A stretch of DNA of 9,058 nt from Octopus sinensis. Its lineage: Eukaryota. The stretch covers positions 1-9,058 of the forward strand of contig NW_021828029.1 in assembly GCF_006345805.1 (NCBI RefSeq), in the 5' to 3' direction. Below the pieces are notes generated by a model. That model was not told the DNA's origin, ran no database searches, and was given only the letters and a program-made list of their open reading frames with translations. Shown piece by piece: positions 1 to 7,888 of this stretch (positions are counted from its first letter, which is position 1; every line of letters begins with the position of its first letter). A program made the translations under genes and the position numbers.

Positions 1-201
1 TGGGCGAAAAGAGCGGCCTTCTCCGGGCGAGGGTTTTATGGCCTGCGGCACGTTCCGGTCTGCTGTGTAAACCTGTAGGGAATTAGGGGTCTGGGTGGAG
101 TGTAGTCGGTACCCTCAAGTGCTGCCTAGGGTGGTACATACTCAAGCTACTCCACTGCAACCTGCTCGGTCGGAACTGACCTAGGGCGAAACGACAACAA
201 C
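1..201 (+). mobile_element. GC-rich structured element ending in a stem-loop plus short (CAA)n tail; probable 3' end of a retroposon whose 5' part lies outside the window
   Basis: GC content is visibly above the flanks. Terminal hairpin GGTCG-GAAC-TGACC (168-181) is followed by GGGCGAAACGACAACAAC (184-201). A stem-loop plus short tandem tail is the usual 3' architecture of RTE/L2-type LINEs and their SINEs. Family not identified. Confidence 0.4.
91..199 (+). ncRNA. Candidate HDV-like (nested double pseudoknot) self-cleaving ribozyme
   Basis: Folded by hand. P1 CTGGGTG 91-97 (or TGGGCG 1-6) pairs with TGCCTAG 123-129. P2 TGTAGTCG 101-108 pairs with CGACAACA 192-199 (7/8). P3 GTA 109-111 pairs with TGC 120-122. 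L3 is CCCTCAAG 112-119 (YCCUCR pattern). GG 130-131 is available for P1.1. J4/2 is C187-GAAA. Weak points: one extra A in J4/2, poorly closed P4, and a competing hairpin. Confidence 0.25.
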
Positions 202-343
202 GTACAAAATCGAACCCATACACACACACAAGCATACATTCCACTACAGAGGTTCGCATACATAATTCAAGGTGCCTACTTGAACAATGGCTCTGCTAGA
301 AATAACAACCCTAACACTTTAATATCATATTCTATTATATAAT

Positions 344-543
344 GATTTCATGGTTTAGCACAAGGCCAGCAATTTCGACTTACATAGACCCCAGTACTCA
401 ACTGGTACTTATTTTATCGACTCCAAATTAATTAAAGGCAGTGCCGGTCTTGGCAGAATTTGAACTCAGAGCGTAAAGGGTCAGAAGAAATACCGCTAAG
501 GATTTTGTCCGTTGCGCTAACGACTTTGCCAGCTCGCGACCAT
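344..543 (-). mobile_element. tRNA-derived SINE, family A, older diverged copy
   Basis: Minus strand reads GGTCGCGAGCTGGCAAAGTCGTTAGCG... (A-box region), GAGTTCAAATTC (B box), then TCGATAAAATAAGTACCAG...CTGGGGTC. Colinear with the 948-1180 copy. Possible low-complexity TSD TATTATATAAT at 333-343 and 544-554. Confidence 0.85.
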
Positions 544-947
544 TATTATATAATATAATCCTGCCTTGGTCTTAAAAAGCCGAGATAGTCACGGCTGGAA
601 TTCCTTTGAACTTAGATCTGCGACATTCTTTTCCGGAGTACACACACGCGCGCGCATACCTTTCACCTTTAACATATTCACTCAATAGAATTTCGCGATT
701 TCAACGATGAATATCCACTTATCCGATAAACTGAAATACCATTTCCTTCCTTGAATTAACATATAAGTGGCTGAATATTCCTGAGATAGACACGTATGTT
801 CTAAATGTAATTCTCAGACAGAACCACCAGACGAAGAAAGGTTGGTAAAAGAGCAGAACTAGCTATCTTCAATTCGGTTTTCGTATCTATCCTCATCTTT
901 GTTCATTAATGTTTGGTAGTGACCGGAAGAATACGATCACCAATACC

Positions 948-1180
948 TATTTCTTTACTACTCACAAGGGGCTAAACACAGAGAGGACAAACAAGGACAG
1001 GCACACGGATTAAGTCGATTATATCGACCCCAGTGCGTAACTGGTACTTATTTAATCGACCCCCGAAAGGATGAAAGGCAAAGTCGACCTCGGCGGAATT
1101 TGAACTCCGAATGTAACGGCAGGCGAAATACGGCTACGCATTTCGCCCGGCGTGCTAACGTGTCTGCCAGCTCGCCGCCC
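948..1180 (-). mobile_element. tRNA-derived SINE, family A, young full-length copy; central domain resembles the Meta/MESC-type SINE domain
   Basis: Head GGGCGGCGAGCTGGCAGACACGTTAGC; B box GGAATTTGAACTC on + at 1095-1107; central GCCTTTCATCCTTTCGGGGGTCGATTAAATAAGTACCAG. Perfect 16-bp TSD TACGATCACCAATACC at 932-947 and 1181-1196. Superfamily assignment is from recall and unverified. Confidence 0.93.
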
Positions 1181-1329
1181 TACGATCACCAATACCGGCG
1201 GCCGAAATGGGTTTTGCAAAGGATATCTGGAGTAACGTTTCTCGACAGGGTGCCTAACTCTGAGATCTGAGAGTCAACCCCTGTCGAACCGCTACGTCTC
1301 TGTATTAAGGTCACAGCTAAGTTACTACG

Positions 1330-1608
1330 GGTGGAGGCGCGTGGCTTAGTAGTTAGAGTGTCAGCATCATCATCGTAAGATTGTGGTTTCGGTTGCTGCT
1401 CCGGGCGACGCGTTGTGTTCTTGAGCAAGACACTTCATTTCACGTTGCTCCAGTCCACTCAGCTGGCAAAAATGAGTAACGCTGCGATAGACTGGCGTCC
1501 CGTCCAGCTGGGGAACACATACGCCATTGAAACCGGGAAACCGGGCCCATGACCCTGGCTAGGCTTTAAAAGGTGCATTTATTACTTTATTTATTTATTT
1601 ATTTTTAC
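1330..1608 (+). mobile_element. tRNA-derived V-SINE-like element
   Basis: A box TGGCTTAGTAG 1342-1352; degenerate B box ~1385-1396; V-domain-like GTGTTCTTGAGCAAGACACTT 1415-1435 and CTGCGATAGACTGGCGTCCCGTCCAG 1482-1507; (TTTA)n tail; 9-bp TSD GTTACTACG at 1321-1329 and 1609-1617. Confidence 0.85.
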
Positions 1609-1692
1609 GTTACTACGAACATGTGATTAGAATATCGCAAGAAAGAATTACAAGACGGATTCTTCAAGACGAGTCAATTAGCTGGAGATTTC

Positions 1693-2474
1693 CAGGGGTT
1701 CTCAACCATTTTTTTATCTACGGAATCCTTTGATTACTATTTTATTGCGGTAGACCCCATAAACACTCGATGCTTAAAAACTAATTTTATAGATACTCCT
1801 TTCAAAATTCCTATTTTGATTTTTCGCGCATTTTCTTGCATAGGCGCAGGAGTGGCTATGTGGTAAGTAGCTTGTTTACCAATCACATGGTTCCGGGTTC
1901 AGTCCCACTGTGTGGCACCTTGGGCAAGTGTCTTCTACTATAGCCTCGGGCCGACCAAAGCCTTGTGAGTGGATTTGGTAGACGGAAACTGAAAGAAGCC
2001 TGTCGTATATATGTATATATATATGCGTGTGTGTGTGTTTGTGTGTCTGTGTTTGTCCCTCTAGCATTGCTTGACAACCGATGCTGGTGTGTTTACGTCC
2101 CCGTTACTTAGCGGTTCGGCAAAAGAGACCGATAGAATAAGTACTGGGCTTACAAAAGAATAAGTCCCGGGGTCGAGTTGCTCGATTAAAGGCGGTGCTC
2201 CAGCATGGCCGCAGTCAAATGACTGAAACAAGTAAAAGAGTAAAAGAGTAAAAGAGAATAGGTTGAACTGTGTAAAACATTAGAGAAAGAAACCCAGCTG
2301 TTTCTTGCAATACATACAAATACATACATATAAAGCAAATTTTTTTCAGGACCACTTAAAATACTATTATGGACCCCCCCACCACCACCCACAAGTTACT
2401 ACTTTGTTACGTGGGCTCCTAAAAATCTTATGTAAACCCTCAGGGGTCGTATGGACCCCCGTTGAGAATCACTG
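1693..2474. mobile_element. Non-autonomous hAT-type (Charlie/MER5-like) DNA transposon or MITE, ~365 bp before a SINE inserted into it
   Basis: 14-bp TIRs CAGGGGTTCTCAAC (1693-1706) and GTTGAGAATCACTG (2461-2474) match 12/14 and resemble the CAGTGGTTCTCAAC hAT terminus. Subterminal GACCCC motifs occur at ~1753, ~2372 and in the palindrome GGGGTC-GTATG-GACCCC 2443-2459. The 8-bp flanks (GAGATTTC vs GTGTAGTT) do not match, so no TSD is preserved. Confidence 0.7.
1843..2256 (+). mobile_element. tRNA-derived composite SINE, family B, full-length copy 1
   Basis: A box TGGCTATGTGG 1853-1863; B box GGTTCAGTCCC 1896-1906; CORE/V-like CACCTTGGGCAAGTGTCTT 1916-1934; internal (TA)n(TG)n; 3' module; tail (AGTAAAAG)x3 at 2231-2254. 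Possible short TSD ATA(GG) at 1840-1844 and 2258-2262. Near-identical inverted copy at 2543-2956. Confidence 0.92.
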
Positions 2475-2542
2475 GTGTAGTTTGGATAATATCATAGTCT
2501 TAGTTGGTCACGCTTGGGAATCAATCCAACCGGAAAGTGTAA

Positions 2543-2956
2543 TTCTTTATTTTTTTTCTTATTCTTTTACTTGTTTCAGTCAGTTGACTGCGGCCATGCT
2601 GGAGCACACTGCCTTTAGTCGAGCAAATCGACCCCAGGACTTAATCTTTGTAAGCCTAGTACTTATTCTATCGGCCTCTTTTGCCGAACCGCTAAGTTAC
2701 GGGGACATAAACACACCAGCATCGGTTGTCAAGAGATGTTGGGGGGACAAACACACACACAAACACACACACACACTTATATATACATATATACGACGGG
2801 CTTCTTCCAGTTTCCGTCTACCAAATCCACTCACAAGGCTTTGGTCGGCCCGAGGCTATAGTAGAAGACACTTGCCCAAGGTGCCTCGCAGTGGGACTGA
2901 ACCCAGAACCATGTGGTTGGTAAGCAAGCTGCTTACCACACAACCACTCCTGCGCC
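2543..2956 (-). mobile_element. tRNA-derived composite SINE, family B, full-length copy 2
   Basis: Reverse complement of copy 1: about 10 substitutions in the first ~178 bp by manual count, including a 78-bp identical block. A-rich tail at 2543-2570. Possible 3-bp TSD TAA at 2540-2542 and 2957-2959. Confidence 0.92.
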
Positions 2957-3051
2957 TAAATGAGAGTTGCTTCTGATAGAACCCTACGGAGAAGGTGCTT
3001 GAGGACTATGTCTCTACCTCAATGCACTTCCTAGGGATAGTGGGCGCTGAA

Positions 3052-3089
3052 GATGGATGGATGGATGGATGGATGGATGGATGGATGGA
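3052..3089. repeat. (GATG)9 tetranucleotide microsatellite
   Basis: Nine perfect GATG units at 3052-3087. Confidence 0.97.
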
Positions 3090-3405
3090 ACCAGCATGAT
3101 ATATTGAGAGTGAAGGATGATGATTTCTCCGCCGGGTTTCCTGCCGTAGAGACTAACAACCTCCGCCTCCATCTCTACTCCAGTCTTCAATCTAGTGACC
3201 TGTCACCAATTACCACTGCAGCCGCCACCATCGCCACCAACGACACCCCTTCCTTTGAATCTGATAGCTATCTGTGTTAATCCTAGTGGGTTTCATCCTG
3301 TGTTATCGGTCATAGAACGATCATATATTTTATATACCCGCATTAAAATATCATTTCAATGGATTTTCTAACAACAACAAAAAAAAATCATTTCTTCACC
3401 ACGAA

Positions 3406-3460
3406 CACCACCACCACCACCACCCGCCGCCGCCGCCGCCGCCACCATCAGCACCACCAC
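3406..3460. repeat. Compound (CAC)n-(CCG)n trinucleotide repeat
   Basis: A CACCAC run switches to CCGCCG and then back to CAC. Confidence 0.9.
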
Positions 3461-3509
3461 AACAAAACCATAAATGGTGCGTGCCCGTTACACTTTTTTA
3501 AACTTCTGT

Positions 3510-3632
3510 TACCTATATTTTCGGTCTGTTTTATTTATTTTTTTTTTGTTGTTGTTGCCGAAACGCTAAGTTGCATGAACGTAAACAAACTAACACCGGT
3601 GGCCAGGCTGGTTGGGCGGGACAAACACAGAC
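3510..3632 (-). mobile_element. Degenerate internal fragment of SINE family B
   Basis: TTGCCGAAACGCTAAGTTGCATGAACGTAAACAAACTAACACCGGTGGCCAGGCTGGTTGGGCGGGACAAACACAGAC aligns by eye with TTGCCGAACCGCTAAGTTACGGGGACATAAACACACCAGCATCGGTTGTCAAGAGATGTTGGGGGGACAAACACACAC in copy 2 (~2681-2758). TACCTATATTTTCGGTCT matches TACTTATTCTATCGGCCT. Confidence 0.65.
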
Positions 3633-3922
3633 GCAGAGACGCACGCACGCACGCACACACACACATCCACACACACATACACGCATACAAACACGCTATT
3701 GTCCTTCCTTCTCCCACCACACACACAAACACACACACACACATACCACCACCACCATCACCACACACCACATACACTTTTAAGATACAAACCACACTAC
3801 AGCACACTCTTTGAAACCTCCACCACCCCCGTCACAAGTCCGTTCTCTAGACGTACAGATTCTTCAGTCTCAGCACTTCACGTTTTTAGTACAACCACAG
3901 TCGTACACACACACACACACAG

Positions 3923-3953
<31 letters not shown>

Positions 3954-4022
3954 TAAGTTACCCAATGTTCGAGGTTCATATACTCACAATCTTACATAAA
4001 CTGCATCACCGTCTTAATATAT

Positions 4023-4058
<36 letters not shown>

Positions 4059-4108
4059 CTATAAACTTACAAACGTGCACACTCACACTCACACACACAT
4101 ACATACAC

Positions 4109-4144
<36 letters not shown>

Positions 4145-4530
4145 ATACACACACAAGCATCCACTCACGTTCACGCAAGACATTCACTCTTAACATCTTG
4201 GTTATTCGTCTCTTCCGCATACATACACTCACACACATACACACACACAACATACTCACACACACACATACATATACATACACTTAGACACACACACATG
4301 AACACACACTCACACATACAGTTACATGCACTCAGACACACACACACATATACATACACTCACTCACACTCGTATACGCACGCATTCACACATACATTCA
4401 CACAGATACATACACACACACACACGTGTATATATCTATATACGCAGGTTCACACACATAAACGTACTCACACATACATACATACATACATACATAACAT
4501 ACATACATACATACATACATACACACACAC
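3633..4530. repeat. Degenerate (CA)n / (CATA)n / (CACG)n microsatellite field
   Basis: Directly visible, with short unique interruptions; source of the His/Thr-rich ORFs. Confidence 0.95.
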
Positions 4531-4654
4531 TTCCATATACGTCCTATTACACCTTATCATCGTAGTAACTTTGTACTGCACGCGACATCACTCACAACTT
4601 CGTACTTTTCGTGTTATTACCACCACCACCACCACCACACCACCACTACTACTA

Positions 4655-4857
4655 CCTCTTCTACTACTCATCTCTCTCACTCTCTCTCTCCTACTAAATT
4701 TCTACCTACCTATCACTCTCACTCTCTCCTACTTACTCTCTATCTATCTATCTCCCTCACTCGCTCTCTCTCTCTCTCTCTCCCCATCTCTATCTGTCTC
4801 TCTTTGCTATCATCTCTTCTCTCCATCTCCTTCCTCTCTGTCTGTCTGTCAGTCTGC

Positions 4858-4926
<69 letters not shown>

Positions 4927-5081
4927 CCTCTCTCTCTCTCTCGTTTCTCATCCTTGCTATTTCTTCTTCTCATAATTTCCTCTCTCCGTCTCATCTCCCT
5001 TCCTAGACTCATCTGTCAATCACAGTTTCTTCCTCTCACCCTTACTCTCCCTACCACTCCACCAATTTTCCTTTTACCGTT

Positions 5082-5125
<44 letters not shown>

Positions 5126-5457
5126 TTTCCCTTTCGCTCTCTTTCATTCTCTCAATCCCTCTCCTTTCCCACTCTTTCGACAAATCTTTTTAGACATTCT
5201 ATTTCACATCGCTTCCCTCCTACTCTCTCTCTCTCTCATCACTTATCCAGTCTTCCTCTATAAGCCATTTTAAGCCCCATTTCTTCTTTATCTCCCGCCA
5301 TCTCTCTTCCTCCTCCTACTTTCTTTCTCTCTCCGTCTCTTCCTCTTCCTTTCTATCTCTCTGTCTCTCTATTTCGCGCTCCCTCATCCCCTTCCTTCTC
5401 CCACTGTATCAACAAATCTTATTTTACATACTCTGTATCACATCATTCTCCCCCCTC

Positions 5458-5496
<39 letters not shown>

Positions 5497-5844
5497 GTCT
5501 CTCTGTCTCTCTGTCTCTCTCTCTCTCTCAATCTCTCTCTTCCACTTCCTACCCAATTTCCCATAACAGAAAACACCTTTATCCCCCACTCCCTTTCATC
5601 CGTCTCCAACTATCCCTCTTCCTCCTCCTCTCTCTCTCTCACCTCCTCCTACCCAATTCCCCCCTCCCCACTACAAACCACCCTTATACCTCCCTCTTCA
5701 TTTATCTCCCACTGCCTTCCTCCTCCCTCTCACCTCCTCCTCCTACCCAATCTCCCCTTCTACAAATCATTTCAACCCCCCCTCCCCACCCTCTTTCCTC
5801 TTTATTTATCTCCCACTATCCCTCTTCCTCCTCCTCTCTCTTTT
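4655..5844. repeat. ~1.2-kb (CT)n / (CCT)n polypyrimidine-polypurine tract
   Basis: Directly visible; source of the Leu/Ser and Glu/Arg ORFs. Confidence 0.95.
5540..5841. repeat. Degenerate ~95-105-bp tandem repeat, about 3 copies
   Basis: Anchors CTACCCAAT at 5549, 5649 and 5743; TTTATC at 5578, 5701 and 5805; ACTATCCCTCTTCCTCCTCCTCTCTCT near 5609 and 5815. Confidence 0.7.
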
Positions 5845-5954
5845 TGCCAATGACCGATCAGTGAACCCTGCGCCATCTTAGTTAATGACTTTTTTTTTGT
5901 TTTTAAACCAATCTACTATCACACATTGTCTCATTTCTATATTTCACTAGTGAC

Positions 5955-6270
5955 TTTGTTGTTCTTGTTGTTGTTGTTGTTATGGTTATTGACATAGTTG
6001 TTGTTTTTTTTTGTTATGATTGTTGTTGTTGTTCTTTGTTCTTTGATGATGTTTTTTTGCTATCGCAAATACGGCAAAGAAAAAAAAAAACAAAAAAAAA
6101 AACAAACGAAGAAAAAACAAACAAAACAAACAAACAAACTCCAGACATGCCGTTGTTCTTCTTATTGTTCTTATTGTTCTTCTTATTACTGGTTATTTGA
6201 TGTTGTTTTATCTGTGATTGTTTGAAATTGTTGTTGTTGTTATATTGTTGTTTGTAGGTTGTTGTTATTG
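5955..6270. repeat. (TTG)n and A-rich (AAAC) low-complexity region
   Basis: Directly visible. Confidence 0.85.
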
Positions 6271-6326
6271 TCACTATTTAAATCTTATAAACCATCTCCT
6301 TCCCTTCTTCCCACCCCTACCACCGC

Positions 6327-6463
6327 TATTATTATAATTCATTATATTATATTATTATTATATTATTATTATTATTATTATTATATTATTATTATTATCA
6401 TCAGTATCATTATTATTATTATGATTAAATTAATTATCATTATTCTTATTATTAGTATTATTA

Positions 6464-6500
<37 letters not shown>

Positions 6501-6866
6501 CATCATCATCATCATTAGTATATTATTATTATTATAATTATTATTATTATTATTATTATATTATTATATTATTATCATCATATATCATTATTATCATTAT
6601 TATTAATATTATTATCATTAGTATTATTATTATATTATTATTATTATTATTATTATTATTTTATTATTATTATTATCATCATCATCTATTATTATCATTA
6701 TTATATTATATTATTATTATTATTATTTTATTATATTATTATTATTATTATCATCATCATATCATTATTATCATTATTATTAATATATTATCATTATTAT
6801 TATTTATTATGATTATTATTATCATTATTATTATTATTATCATCATATCTCATCATCATCATCATC

Positions 6867-6897
<31 letters not shown>

Positions 6898-6961
6898 TCA
6901 TTATCATATCATCATCATCATCATCATTATATATTATTATCATTCATCATCATCATCACCA

Positions 6962-7012
<51 letters not shown>

Positions 7013-7026
7013 TATTATTCATTATT

Positions 7027-7064
<38 letters not shown>

Positions 7065-7102
7065 TATTATCATCATTATCATCATCATCATCATCATCAT
7101 CA

Positions 7103-7139
<37 letters not shown>
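6327..7139. repeat. ~810-bp (TAT)n/(CAT)n trinucleotide array; reads (TAA)n on the minus strand
   Basis: Directly visible; source of the poly-Ile/Tyr ORFs. Confidence 0.97.
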
Positions 7140-7494
7140 GTTACGACTTCACATTTGTTCTATTTTCGTTGATTCTTCCTTCTGTTGTCAGTATTGTTGT
7201 TATGGTTGACAATATTGTTTTTTTTTGCGTTTATTGAAGTTGTTCTTGTAGGCTTCATTACCTTTCTTGTTATTGTTGCTGTCGTACCCTTGATTTATTC
7301 TTTAACGACTTAATTTTATATATTTATTTATTTCACATTTTATAAAAAAATCCAGGTTCACAATGAGGGGAAATTAAAATTTTGAGTATTTTTGTGTGTT
7401 TTAACATTTCTATAGCTATTTATATTTATACTTGCATTTATATATATATATTATTTTTTTTTGCCGCCATATATTTTATTTTTTTCAACTGCAG

Positions 7495-7599
7495 TCACGT
7501 GTTCACTGGTTGATTGATTGGCATCTCCTTCATATCATGCCTAACTTCACTTAAAGGAAGCACCTGGAATGGAATTGTGGAAACTGACTCGACTGTAAG
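7495..7599 (+). other. Possible spliced exon (weak)
   Basis: T-rich tract 7451-7485 followed by CTGCAG acceptor (AG 7493-7494). Donor candidates are GTAAGG at 7595 and GTGGGT at 7600. All three frames from the acceptor contain stops. ATG 7569 in GGAATGG context gives MELWKLTR before the 7595 donor. No homology recognised. Confidence 0.2.
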
Positions 7600-7671
7600 G
7601 TGGGTGGAACCAGCGAATCCTGAGACGAACTCGCTGATGCGAACTCTGCTCATAATGATGATACTGCTGCA

Positions 7672-7681
7672 ACTACTACTG

Positions 7682-7758
<77 letters not shown>

Positions 7759-7888
7759 GATAATAATGATAATGATGATAATAATAATAACGATAATAAT
7801 GATGATAATGATGATGAAATTGATAATAATAATGATGATAATAATGATAATAATGACAATAATAATAATGATGATGATGATGATGATG

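Noticed and set aside
640-657. Short alternating purine-pyrimidine run ACACACACGCGCGCGCAT (Z-DNA prone)
   Set aside because: Too short and too common in this repeat-rich context to be informative.
1100-1180. tRNA-like sequences here and at 1330-1400, 1843-1915 and 2885-2956
   Set aside because: They are SINE heads continuing into SINE bodies; no complete cloverleaf, so not tRNA genes.
2305-2976. 223-aa ORF, the longest non-microsatellite ORF
   Set aside because: It runs through the MITE right half and the antisense strand of SINE-B copy 2; the equivalent frame in copy 1 is broken, so it is a chance open frame.
2475-2976. Removing SINE copy 2 gives LDNIIVLVGHAWESIQPESVNESCF*, faintly like a pogo/Tigger transposase C-terminal motif
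   Set aside because: Only ~25 residues, spacing differs from the motif as recalled, there is no DDE context, and in-frame joining has a 1-in-3 chance.
2984-3056. Second HDV-like fold attempt
   Set aside because: P3 has a C.C mismatch, P1 needs a bulge, J4/2 is non-canonical, and a simple 19-bp hairpin explains the sequence better.
3359-5609. His/Thr-, Leu/Ser- and Glu/Arg-rich ORFs up to 336 aa
   Set aside because: These are translations of (CA)n and (CT)n microsatellites, which lack stop codons.
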